From: Octopus vulgaris
Lineage: Eukaryota
NCBI GenBank assembly: GCA_951406725.2
Contig: OX597815.1
Coordinates: 157,108,001-157,172,000 of the forward strand
Direction: 5' to 3'
DNA length: 64,000 nucleotides
The position numbers and the translations under genes are program-made. Below, piece after piece: positions 11,317 to 24,293 of this stretch. Each line of letters starts with the position of its first letter. The stretch's first letter is position 1. Under the pieces are notes generated by a model, which worked only from the letters and a program-made list of their open reading frames with translations, did not search any database and was not told the origin of the DNA.

Positions 11317-12510
11317 ATATATACATAGATATAAAATGTCCTTCTCTGTGTGTGTGCACGCGCGCGCGCATATACATATAGCGAGAGGGGGAGAGAAAGA
11401 AAAAGAGAGAGTAATCTTTTTATGTATATTTGTAGATGAATGATGCGTGTGTAGTTTACGCTATGACGACTGAATTTTAGTCGAACGAGAAAAGGAAGTG
11501 ATGAGTCAGTAAACTTAATCTGAAGGTAATTAGTGATTAATTAATTACTCTATATAATTAGTTTCGAGGAAGAAGTGGAGGTTGTGAGAAGATGTCAGAG
11601 TGGGTAAAGAAAATTCTGGAAGACAGCGATAAAATGTATGTTATAAAACTAACCATATCATATAATACATTGTTTTGACTGGACACAAAGTTTATATTCA
11701 TCGATATTATCGATATCAACATATTGATAGGATATCCATTCGCATAGGACAAAAGGCTATATTGCCTCTAACTTAATTTGAACTTTGATCCCTAAGATAG
11801 CGATCTGTTAAACTGCAGTCAACTTTGTTTATTCCTGTTCTATCAGCGTCACCACCACTAACACCAAAATCACAACTACCAGCATCTCCACCACTACCAT
11901 CACCGCTACCAAAATCACCAGCATCAGCAACAACAACAACACCACCACCATCACTAACAACATAATCAACAAAATAACCACCACCAAAGAAAAGAAGAGA
12001 AGCCAAGTGTTGCGTCCCCTTTATCTTTCGAAATCATAATTAATTTTGTTGAAGTAGAATCGTTCAACGGGGAAGAGGTCAAAGTCTGCGAGACAACAGT
12101 TCAGTCTGGAGAAAAGAAATTTGTCCATGTGCTTGCATTTGCTAAAAGTTTCAAATTTAGAATTGAGTAATTCTTTTCCTTTCTTTCTTTTCCGTTTTTT
12201 ATCCAGCCTTTGTACTCCAGTTTCCCATTTTTGCATCAACTGTCTTGTTTTTTCGCGTGTTTTCTCATCGATCAGATTCTTAGTTTTCTAATAGGACTAA
12301 ACATTTTTCAGTGAGCGAGAAGAATTGCTTAGAGACACAAGGTACATTGTATAAATCTGCCGAATTATTGTGTTTCCATTCAACAGCATAAAACTATTAG
12401 CAGCTCTTACTTAAATACTGTGCATATTAAATGAGATTTATCTTTCACTGGATAGAGTACTTTTTCATGATCCTACATATATTGGAACAGTAAGCTATAT
12501 ATATATATAC

Positions 12511-12576
<66 letters not shown>

Positions 12577-12989
12577 AGAGTTCACAGGTGTAGCTGTGTG
12601 GTAAGACGCTAGCTTCCCAACTCATAGTTCCGGGTAGAGTCCCACTGAGTGATACCTTGTGAGTGGATTTGATAAACGGAAAGTGAAAGAAGTGAGGGTG
12701 GGTGAATGTAAGCGTACGCACATGGTGTACGGGCGCACATGTGTAGGTATGAACAGGCGCGCTTACGCGAATACTATGAACTTTTTACCCCCCTTACCTT
12801 ACTTAGCGGTCATTCGAATAGCTCTTTTGTCTTAATAGCGGTCAATAACACAATAATTTCCCTTTGTATAACGGTCATTTTTCATAGCGTTTTTCCGATG
12901 GCCGGATAACTGAAGAGATGGTGGCGTAGATTTCCACCTCGGCATCCGAAACTACCGAATAATTGTCAAATATAAATATATATATACAA

Positions 12990-13382
12990 AAATTCTATAG
13001 TTATGAGTATAATTATAATTAGGGTTCAGCAAAAATTTGTTTAACCACATAACGAAATTTAGAAATAGCAGTTAAAACTAACTATTTCACCACCATAAGA
13101 AAAACTCCCAGACAGGAAAGCTCAACAACTCACGCAGATAAAGAGAAAAAAATAATGAATCCACCTGGCTTTGATTAACTGTATACGCGTTTCGGAGTTA
13201 GAGAGATGTGAAAAATGCAAAATCATATTTGTACTCTCCCATTCTCTTCTTCAGTACAGTAATTCAAGATTTTAAATTTGAGAGCAGTGAAAAATTAAAC
13301 ATACTTATCTGACCAGGCGACATCAGACAACATACATCTAACGACCAGTACTTCCGAATTCAAATAGACGAATGTGATCTCG
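12990..13382 (-). mobile_element. (TA)n-flanked Penelope-like terminal fragment with hammerhead
   Basis: Contains the hammerhead at 13178-13260 and a minus-strand tail GCTA...GGTTAA...ACCCT. Confidence 0.65.
13178..13260 (-). ncRNA. Type I hammerhead ribozyme
   Basis: Minus strand: ACTGTA-CTGAAGA-[extended stem II]-GAAAC-GC-GTA-TACAGT; perfect 6-bp stem I, palindromic ACGCGT stem III, GUA cleavage triplet. Confidence 0.8.
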
Positions 13383-13468
<86 letters not shown>

Positions 13469-13569
13469 AAACCTAGCAATCTGGAGCCCACACAGCTGTA
13501 TTTAAGGCACAGATTCAATCATCTCTCTACAGTCAAAAATTGTGAAGCATGACTGTCACCACTACTACA

Positions 13570-13614
13570 TGAACCTGAAGATTGCTGAATTTAATGCATG
13601 AAAGTACTAGTTCA
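13570..13614 (+). ncRNA. Minimal type I hammerhead ribozyme
   Basis: TGAAC-CTGAAGA-TTGC...GCAT-GAAAG-TA-CTA-GTTCA; 5-bp stem I, palindromic AGTACT stem III; lies in the (TA)n-flanked element 13467-13740. Confidence 0.75.
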
Positions 13615-13736
13615 ATCAGAATGAAGATTTAACATTCTATTATTTCATTTTATTTAATTATATTATATTATCTTATATCATTATAAGATTGTAAATAAAA
13701 CGTGAAAATCAGACAAGGTTGGAATTCCTTTTTATA

Positions 13737-13767
<31 letters not shown>

Positions 13768-13991
13768 TATATACGTGTGTGTATATGTTTGTCTTTATGT
13801 CAGTGTTTTCCCTCACCCATCACCGTTTGACAACCGGTCTTGGTGTATTTAAGTTCCCGTAAACTACCGGTTCGTCAAAGGGGAACGATATGATAAGTAC
13901 TAGGTTTCAAAAAAACTAGTCGACTAAAACCCCTCCAGGGTGGTGCTCCAGCATCGCCGCAAACCTGGTTATATCGACATAAAAAAGAAAC

Positions 13992-14229
13992 GTGTAACAC
14001 TGGCCACAAATGAAATGAGCTTAAACTCTGCAACGGGCTTTGATTGTTTCCTTGTAATCCTCTTAAAATCATATAAATAAGCTTTAGCTACGCTATTCAA
14101 GATACTTCTTTCAAAGCATTGTGTAACACTGGCCACAAATGAAATGAGCTTAAACTCTGCGACGGGTATTGGTGGGTTTCCTGTATTCCTCTTAAAATCA
14201 TGCAAATAAGATTTAGCGACGCTACTTCA
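13992..14229 (+). repeat. Diverged tandem duplication, period 129 bp
   Basis: GTGTAACACTGGCCACAAATGAAATGAGCTTAAACTCTGC starts at 13992 and 14121. Confidence 0.85.
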
Positions 14230-14439
14230 GTGGGAAATCACCGAAAAAAATTGGAGGAAGGCATCATATACTCTAATATATAAATGTAAAAGCAGAATGG
14301 ATACCAAAAATTTGATAGCCCAATGAGTGCCTCCCTTCTGAAGTCAACAAAGTGTAATTTGGGCGCTATTTGGCTGCTATTTCTAGCAGATTATCGATTA
14401 CCTAGAGCTTCTCTCGCTGGCTCGTTGTGCTCCACTAAA

Positions 14440-15400
14440 GTTAGTAGTGAGATAGTAAATAGCGGAGTAGTAAACAGGAAAGTGATGAAGAATGATGTGG
14501 TGAGTTGTAATGCAGTTAACGTTAGGGCAGTTAACGATGGGAATGGCGAACAAAAGGGTAATGAACAGCAGGTAGTAAAGCCGTGAAGATTGAGCACATG
14601 AACAGTTGTGTTAATGAATAGCGATGAAATTTACAGTGGAACAATGGACAGTGGATAGTAACGTAGAATACATAGTAGTATTGAACAATGCGATAGTGAA
14701 CAGTAAAAGAGTGATGTTGTAAATTTAAATAAAGTGAATTCTGGGTGAGTAAACTTGAGGCTGTAAAACATCCCTCAGTAAACAGTCAATATTGCGCTAC
14801 TGAACAGTTACACAGTGAACGGTGGGACAGTTAACGCCGTGAAAAATGATGTGAGTTCGCGTTAATATAGTGCTGCATAAACAATTGGATGGTAAAGTCA
14901 GTGGTATAACGAACAGTGATGCTGAGAATGGTGTGGCAGAGAACAATGTGCAAGTAAACACTGGGACGGTAAAACTGGTAAACTGATAAGTTAGCAGTGC
15001 GTTAATGAATTAGTGAACGAAGAGGTAGAGAATAGTAATACAGTGTACAGTGGGGCAGAAAAAAAAGCCGTGATAACTGATCAATAATGCAATGAAAAGT
15101 TGATAGTGCGTTAGTGAACGGTGGGGAAGTGAAGAATGATGTCATAATCCCGTAATCATTGATCAGTAACATAGTAGTAAACAGTATTATAAGAAAAAGT
15201 TGATAGTGAACCGTGATGCAGTGAACAGCAAAACAGAACAGCTATGCATATCGACCAGTAAAATGGCGATCGTTGAAGTAGTAACAGTGTTGTGGTCAAC
15301 ACTGGTACAGTGAACGATGAGGGAGTGAACGATGTACCACTAAACGGTGGAGCAATAACGACATGAACTCTGATGAAACGAACTGAAATTGTTACACACG
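14440..15400 (+). repeat. Degenerate minisatellite built from AGTGAAC(A/G) units
   Basis: Recurrent GTGAACAGT/GTAAACAG/GTTAAC variants; similar sequence at ~17830-17955. Confidence 0.6.
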
Positions 15401-16129
15401 TTAGCCGGAATATTGGCTTCAAATTCTGGCACAAGTTCAACAGTTTGTGGGGGGGGGGGGGTAAGTTGGTCGTATTAACCTCGGAGATCAACTGGTACTT
15501 ATTTTATCGACCCCGATAGGATGAAAGGCAAAGTCGACCTCAGCAGAATTTGAATTCAGAACATAAAAACGGAAGAAATGCCTATATGCATGCTAACATC
15601 TCTGCTACCTTACAACTTTAGTTGAAATATTGATACCAAGGCCGTCTCTTGATTTCTGACATGTTGTTATTATTTATTTAAAAGGTTTAAGTATTTGGAT
15701 GAATGTTGCAAAGTTTCCTTATCCACTATTTTTGCTGCCAGTAAGAGATCTAATACCTTGAGAGATACTACTAATTAAGAATAACAGTTATGTGGAAAAT
15801 ACAGATAGTTGACGCGTGACTTCGTTTCACCTGTGTTTAGCAAAGAAAGGAAAGAGGTTATGTGATCTTCAGTTTCAGGCACACAGACACAGCACTGACA
15901 CGACTAAGACAAACACGGAGTCATGCGTAGACAAACACACACACTTACATACATGCATATATACACAAACACATACACACATGTATGCATATATACATAC
16001 AGAAGCAAGCATACGTACGTTCACATAAAAAAAATATTTAATATCCTCAAACTTACTCATGTACGCAAACACAAATGCAAACCCTGACGCATACATCGTA
16101 CATACACACATGCAGACACCCACGCGCAC

Positions 16130-16910
16130 GTATGTTCATATGCACTTACACATACACGTATACACACATGCACACATATACACTATACACGCGTGCCAGC
16201 AAATGGATGTAATTTCGTTCAGATGACATTTATATCTTCTAACACCGGTACACGCAAATACCTGCATGTACATACATACGTGCATGCATACATACATGCA
16301 TCCACACATACATACGTACATCCATCCATCCATACATACATACATCCACACATACATACATACGTACATACATACATACATCCACACATACATACATACA
16401 TACATACATACATACATACATACATACATACATACATACAGACATACAGACAGACACACATAGATACATACATACGTACATACATACAGACAGACACACA
16501 TAGATACATACATACATACGTACATACATACATACATAGTACTACGTACATACATATACATACATACATACACACACATACACACACATACACACACATA
16601 CAGACACACATACACACACATACAGACATACATACATACATACATACGTACGTACGTAAGTACATACATACATACGTACGTACATACATACATAGTACGT
16701 ACGTACATACATATACATACATACATACATTCATACATACATAATACATATTACATATGTACGTACATACATACATACACACACATACAGACAGACAGAC
16801 ATACATACATACATACATACATACATACATACATACATACATACATACATACATACATACATACATACATACATACTTACGTACGTACGTACGTACGTTC
16901 GTATGTACAT
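16130..16910 (+). repeat. (CATA)n/(CA)n compound microsatellite
   Basis: Direct reading. Confidence 0.95.
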
Positions 16911-17405
16911 ATGTTCCTACAGACGCCTTCTCACAGTTTAAGAGCACGAAAAACAATTCACTTTGTCACAGGAAAGCTATCTGGTTGGCATATGCTGACG
17001 GGGGTTTATTATTGCTACTTCTCTGTTTGTTTTGTTTTTGTTTTCTTTTCTCCAATTTCAATAAATGTGGTTTCATTGACAACAAGCTATACAGAGTTTC
17101 AAACAGCAACATTTGATGGACATTTTCTCATATGTCGTGACGTGACGATTGCTGTAGAGAAGAAGAAAGTTGTATTTGTTGTATTTTGAAGTAAAATGTA
17201 AATTAAATCATTGCTCAACTTTGAAGTCATGTTTGCAATTATGAGGATAAAATACTTCATCGCCTTCCAGCATATCTGATCTCAAGATAAAAACGGAGCT
17301 TGGCTCAACAATTTCAGTCGATAGGTATACAGATACAGTATTGGATTACCTTCGTGTAAATCATCAGCGAATGGTGAGAGTAGTGGCCAGTGGATTAGTA
17401 AATAG

Positions 17406-17822
17406 GGATCTTTTCGGTTTGAACGGCAGTTTTCAAAAATAATTTCCACGTAACTAAACACTTTTAAACTTCGTATACTGGTAGAATGTGTTCATAAAAC
17501 ATCTTTTCCTCTTGAATTTATTGAGAAAATTCTAAAGATTGTAAGATATTTGTTGTTTTTTATCTTCAATTTCTGCAATTTCAACCAATCAATGACGTCT
17601 ATTGAGGTGAAAACAATCTGTGCCGTATGAATATGTCCCTCGTTTAAGAAACAGATTGGGTTTATTTACATTTCCAAAGAAAAAAAGATACCCTTCCCCC
17701 CACCCCTAACCCTAACCCTAAAACAGATTGAAATGCAATAGATCGATACTAGGGTCATAATTATGGGTGACAATTTCATATGACACCGCTAGAAAACACT
17801 GCCGTTCAAACCGAAAAGATCT
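17406..17822. mobile_element. MITE with ~26-bp TIRs and 8-bp TSD (hAT- or Merlin-like)
   Basis: TIR GGATCTTTTCGGTTTGAACGGCAGT / ACTGCCGTTCAAACCGAAAAGATCT; TSD GTAAATAG at 17398-17405 and 17823-17830; internal (CCCTAA)3. Confidence 0.85.
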
Positions 17823-18639
17823 GTAAATAGTCGTGAAGTAGTTCCATAAACATTGATCTGCAACACAGTAAATAGCAAAGCAGTGAACAGTAATGTATGG
17901 GAAAATATGACACTGAACTATGATGCAATGAACAGCGGGGCAATAAAGCAGTGACTCATCACTTTAAATCATAGGTGAAGTTGGAGTTCAACATGTATCA
18001 TCCTTTAATCCTAAACTGTCGTCCCAGAAGAATAGTAATACATTGGTTAATATAGCTCATCAAATAAACTGCTTAGTGCCATTTCTTCCGGCTCTCATTG
18101 TTAAAATTCCATCGAGATTAACTTTGCCTTCCATCCGTTCGAGGTCGATAAAATAAAGTACCTGTCAAGTACTGGAATTTATGTAATCGAATTCCTCCCA
18201 CCGTTCAAAGTTGCTGGCTTTCTGCCATAATTTGAAAGATTTATTATTTTAATCAGGAGGAAAGGCTGTGCATGCGTTCATTTACGGAGTCTCAAAGACT
18301 GGTGAGAAGGAAGGTATCCTCAAGTCTAAGACTTGATCCGAATACCAGTAACTCTGATAAAGGCGTTCAAGGATTCAAGCTGTAATGTATGACTAATAGA
18401 CTTATTAAGTCTACAACCCAAGAATGCCACAACTAGGTTTGAACGTAGAACGCAGAGTCAGATCAAATGCTCTAAAACATCCAGTCTGGTATTCTTACGA
18501 TTCCACCAATCCAGTATTCTAGATTGATGCATTTTTATAAACCCAGAAAGGAAGAAAGACAGAGTTGACTTTGATGATATTAAAACTCAGAATAGCAAGG
18601 GTCAATACAAATACCGCTAGGCATTCTATTCAATTATTT

Positions 18640-19000
18640 CTATTGGCACAAGTGAGGGAAGGAGTTTATATGAACCCCAGTACCTGACTGGTATTTTATT
18701 TTATAAACCTCGAAAAATTGAAAGGTAAAAATGACTTCCACAGCATTTCAGCTCAGAACGTAAAACTGGACGAAATACCTATTTCTTTACTACCTACAAG
18801 GGACTAAACACAGAGAGGACAAATAAGGACAGACAAACGGATTAAGTCGATTGTATCGAACCCAGTGCGTACCTGGTACTTATTTAATCGACCCCGAAAG
18901 GATGAAAGGCAAAATCGATCTCGACGGAATTTGAACTGGACGAAATACCGCTAAGCATTTTGTCCGATGCAGTAACGATTCCAACATATCACCACTTTAA
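18640..19000 (-). mobile_element. Nested SINE B copies
   Basis: Inner copy 18780-18933 flanked by AACTGGACGAAATACC duplication. Confidence 0.7.
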
Positions 19001-19164
19001 ATAATGATTCCAAATTTTGGCACTAAGCCAAGAATTTAAGTGGGAGGGATTTGTCGATTACATTGACCCCCCAGTGTTCAACTGGTACATTTATTATCGA
19101 CCCTGGAAGGATGAAAGGCAAAGCTGACCTCACCAATTATAAACAGCATGTTATGACTGAATTT

Positions 19165-19670
19165 ATTTATTTATATCATTATTTATTATTATATTATTTA
19201 TTTTGTCCTCATCTTGTTTGTTGTTAACACAACGTTTTGGCTGATATACCCTCCAGCCTTCATCAGGTGTCTTGGGAAAATTTCGAACCTGGGTTCTCAT
19301 TCCTAAGGTATTTTTCGATGTTATTATTATTATCATTATTATTATTATTATTATTATCATCATCATTATGGTCACTGCCTGGAATTGAACCCGGAATCTT
19401 GGGATTAAGAGCGCGGGCTACTAAACCTAAGATTCCGAGTTCAATTCCAGAGAGTGACCTGAATAATAACAACAACAACAACGAAAAATACCTTAGGAAT
19501 GAGAACCCAGGTTCGAAATTTCCCAAGACACCTGAAGAAGGCCAAAACGTTGTGTTAACAACAAACAAGATGAGGACAAAATAAATAATATAATAATAAA
19601 TAATGATATAAATAAATAATATAAATAATATAAATAATGTACATAATTCCTCATCTCTTAAATATAAAGC
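19165..19670 (+). mobile_element. Fold-back element: tRNA-like head, (AAT/AAC)n and hammerhead-like terminal repeat
   Basis: Inverted arms ~19170-19402/19425-19630; GACAC-CTGATGA-AGGCTG..CAGCC-AAAAC-GTT-GTGTT on minus strand 19226-19271; B-box GAGTTCAATTCC at 19437-19448. Confidence 0.7.
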
Positions 19671-21187
19671 TGAAATATTAAAACGTTGGTACTCAAAAAT
19701 ATTCTCAGAACCAAGAAACGAAACAGCCAATAAATACTTCTACATCTCGTTAAGAATTCTCTCTCTGCTATCGCTTTTACTCACTTTCCGTTAATCTGCA
19801 TCAATTCAAACTGAAAAATAACCACAGAAACTCATAACTGTTATTTTTGTCTTCTTATCTATGGTAGCCTAGAAATAGCTTTGTTCTATACGTTCTCTTT
19901 AGAGAATAAACAACGAAAGAGATCATTCAAAATATCTGTACAAATAATTCCGCGTTCTTTATCAGCTGTACAAATCCTCCACCGGTTTTTAGATCTAATA
20001 ATCAGTCGATATATATTTGTATTATAAGTACTAACTGAAACATAGCTTTGCGTCGTAAGTTCAAATGATTGGTTTTTTTTTGGGTTTTTTTACTGACATT
20101 CCTTCGATGGCGTTTAACTGGCAGAATCTTTTAGTAGCATTTCTTCCGGCTCTTTGTGTTCTGATTTCAAATCCCGCCGACGTCAACTTTGCCTTTCGTT
20201 CTTCTGGGGTTGATAAAGTAAAGTATTATTCAAGTACTGAGGTTGATGTAAACGACTTGCCTCCCCATCTCCAAATTGCTGACCTTGCGCCCTGCAACGG
20301 ACCGGCCTCCCATTCAGGAGAACTGTAATGATCTCAGCCATTTATACTCCATGGAAACCGAGTAACTGGCCTTATGAATCCTAAGGCTCGAGACAAATGA
20401 TTTCCTTCGGAATCGACCAATTAGTTGATTAGCTCAATTAATTTGTAGCATCAGGCACAACCCTAAAAATTAATGACAATACAATGTTTGTTAGGGTTGA
20501 TTATCTTTGTACACTTCACTCGGATCAAGAAAGGAGTCTCTACGTAACTGCATGACTTGCTAGGAATAAAAATTAAACAAATATCCCTCAAATCACACTC
20601 AACGATTACAAAAAAAAACAAGGTCACAGATTTAGTGATTGTTTCAAGTTTTGGTGCAAGGCCGGCAGTTTTGGAAAAGAATGGTAGTTGATTACATCGA
20701 CTCCAGTACTTGACTGGTACTCTACTTTATCCACACCGGAGGGATGAAAGCGAAGACGACCCCCGGTGGAACATGAGTCTGAAGAAAAGCTGCTATGCAT
20801 TTTTATCCGATGCTCAAACGATTCTGCCCGCCTGCTGCCCTCGACATAGTTTACATGATGTAGTCCTAGACACCCTAGAGGACTAGGTTTAATAGCTGAA
20901 CTAGAAGCAGCATAAGACTATGACTGGAATGCCACGATCTTAGTTCTACTGGGTCAGAGCAAACCAACAACGACAGCTGTAATACCTTACTACAATACAA
21001 TTTCATGCAACTGTATAACATTTTACTGATGGTTATGAAGTTAAGAAGCTCGCCTTAACAACCATGTGACTTCGGATTCAGTCACACTGTGCGGCACCTG
21101 GAGCAAATGATATCTATTATAGCCCTGTGCTGACTAATATGTTATGAGTGAATTTGGTAAGTGGAAACTATTGAAGGCAAGGTCATC

Positions 21188-21247
<60 letters not shown>

Positions 21248-21250
<3 letters not shown>

Positions 21251-21545
21251 CGTGATCAGTGTGACCGACCAGGCTATCAGATGTTGCTATACATCGCTGG
21301 TCACAATGCGCCTCGCATTGTTTTAGCCTTCAAATGACGCCACCCCGCTGGCTAAGCGAGCAAGCCAACGGAAGAAAGAGTGGCGAAAGAGTACAGCAGG
21401 AATCGCCACCACCCCCTGCCCGAGCCTCGTGGAGCTTTAGGTGCTTTCGCTCAATAAACACTCACAACTCCCGGTCTGGGAATCGAAACCGCGCGATCCT
21501 ACAACCGCGAGTCCACTGCCCTAACCACTGTCCCATTACGCCTCC
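21248..21545 (-). mobile_element. Full SINE family C inserted in the internal (TA)n of a SINE A 5' half (21030-21190)
   Basis: Minus head GGAGGCGTAATGGGACAGTGGTTAGGGCAGTGGACTCGCGG...GGTTTCGATTCCC. Confidence 0.85.
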
Positions 21546-21547
21546 AT

Positions 21548-22104
<557 letters not shown>

Positions 22105-22105
22105 G

Positions 22106-22286
<181 letters not shown>

Positions 22287-22606
22287 GAATTAATTAAGGG
22301 TAGAAATTGATATTTATCAATTAAAACCAGTGGTCTAGCATATTAAAAAGAATCCGAAGATTAAAATATTTATATATACCAATTAAGGACTGAACACGAA
22401 AAGTGGACAGTCAACATGGTAGATAAAGACGTCAAATCGCCATTCTCCACAAAGATTATGTTCTCAAATCAAACTCAGCACAAAACCAAAGCAATAAACA
22501 ATTGTGCTGAGTTTGATTTGAGAATATAATCTTTGTGGAGAATGGCTATTTGACGTCTATATCTAGCATGTTGACTGTCCACTTTTCGTGTTCAGTCCTT
22601 AATTGG

Positions 22607-22610
<4 letters not shown>
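22287..22610 (-). mobile_element. Fold-back element (~110-bp arms) plus tail in (TA)n
   Basis: Arms 22373-22483/22503-22610; minus tail GCTAGACCACTGGTTTTAATTGATAAATATCAATTTCTACCCTT. Confidence 0.75.
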
Positions 22611-22673
<63 letters not shown>

Positions 22674-22755
22674 CTGGCATTTAGTGCTTGCTACTGACTT
22701 GGGAGAGAAACAAATAGACGTCCGTCCACTTCAACAGTTATATATATATATATAT

Positions 22756-22837
<82 letters not shown>

Positions 22838-23171
22838 ATATATATATATATATAACTGTTGAAGTGGACGGACGTCTATTTGTTTCTCTCCCAAGTCAGT
22901 AGCAAGCTACACAGCTTCAAAACCTAACTGACCTTAAATATATATATATTTGTAACCACGTGTTTGCCTACAAACCCGTAAGTACGTTTTCATTTAACTA
23001 CAAATTGTTATATACACCTGTTTTTCTTTTAATATCCTCAAACAACCAAATAATCAAAAACTCACACCCTTAAGAGAGAACATTTATATATATATACACT
23101 TCTTTAACTCCCAAGAAAGAATATATATATTTTCAAAAATCAAAAGGAAAACAAACAAAAGAAAAACAAAC

Positions 23172-24293
23172 ATGACTATCTTGCAGGCCTGCAACAGACG
23201 AAATTGGTCTGATAACGAAATTGATGTTTTAATAAACACATGGTTCTCTCTTTCCCAAACAGAAAATCTAAATGTTTTGTGTTTGAATGAGATTGCCGAA
23301 AAAACATCACAAGTGGTCAACACACGATCCGTCAAACAGATTCATAGCAAACTGAAACATATCGAAGTATCTTTCAAACTGACAAAAGGCCATTATGAAA
23401 AGCTTCTTCATATTTTCACAGTTCAAGAACAGCAACAGCTAGAAAATCAGCAGCCACAACAACAACAACAACAGAATGAGCCACTCCTGGTTCCCAGCAC
23501 AATGGCTGACCCTAACATCGGTCAAGCACAACAACAACAACAACAGCCACAGCAACAAGAACAACAACAGCCACTCCTCAACTCTAGCTTACTAGATGAT
23601 TCACTAAATGCCAGTATCTTTTCACCGCTCTCACGGCAACCACCACAATTATCATCATCATCATCACCACCGCTGCCACCATCGTCTTCTATCACCAAAA
23701 ATACCAACAGAAAACCAAATAAGAAACCACTGCCCTCTTCCCCCACATCACCACCTCAATACTACTGCAGTAACAAAAACTTAAAGAAACATAGGAAGCA
23801 GAATGCGCCCCCCACGGCACAAACAAGAAATCCCCAAATATGCCGCTATTCACTGCGCCAGAGACTCTGCACAAATAGTGACTGCATCTTCACGCATCTA
23901 CCCGGCACTAGACGCACTACCGGCCAAGGCCAAAGCACGCATCCCACAATAACATCAACACCACCAAATAGTAAATCGAAATTCAAAATACACACAACTC
24001 GGAGTCCCAAAATCTGCCGGTATTCCCAACGTGAGAGAACATGTCTGCTGAGTGACTGTCCCTTCACTCATCTTCCAGGGACCCGACGCACAAACAGAAA
24101 CGGGGCTTCAAGCCAACACACAAACCTGAATAAAAATAAAAATAGAAACACACCATGCTGCAGTAATGCTGGTCCAGTCTTTTCAGGAAGACACAAAAAC
24201 AACAACAACAAAAGTGGAAACTACAACCCTATCCAACAGTGCAACCACACCTCCAGCCAAAAACTGCTCCCTAAGCAGGAAAATTATTTTTAG
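23172..24293 (+). CDS. LINE ORF1 protein: Myb/trihelix-like N-terminus, Q/P/S-rich linker, two CCCH zinc fingers
   Basis: WSDNEIDVLINTW; repeated CRYSxRxRxCxxSDCxFTHLPGTRRT; directly upstream of and overlapping ORF2. Confidence 0.75.
   Translation: MTILQACNRRNWSDNEIDVLINTWFSLSQTENLNVLCLNEIAEKTSQVVNTRSVKQIHSKLKHIEVSFKLTKGHYEKLLHIFTVQEQQQLENQQPQQQQQQNEPLLVPSTMADPNIGQAQQQQQQPQQQEQQQPLLNSSLLDDSLNASIFSPLSRQPPQLSSSSSPPLPPSSSITKNTNRKPNKKPLPSSPTSPPQYYCSNKNLKKHRKQNAPPTAQTRNPQICRYSLRQRLCTNSDCIFTHLPGTRRTTGQGQSTHPTITSTPPNSKSKFKIHTTRSPKICRYSQRERTCLLSDCPFTHLPGTRRTNRNGASSQHTNLNKNKNRNTPCCSNAGPVFSGRHKNNNNKSGNYNPIQQCNHTSSQKLLPKQENYF

Noticed and set aside
11558-12239. Possible host exons (also ~5790-6050, 16911-17189, 36209-36403)
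   Set aside because: No recognisable domain or consistent splice chain; needs RNA-seq or homology search
12905-12968. CTGAAGA-GATG...CATC-CGAAAC hammerhead-like core
   Set aside because: No valid stem III or cleavage triplet next to stem I; at best a decayed copy
15365-15400. CTGATGA...GAAA
   Set aside because: No stem I or stem II pairing
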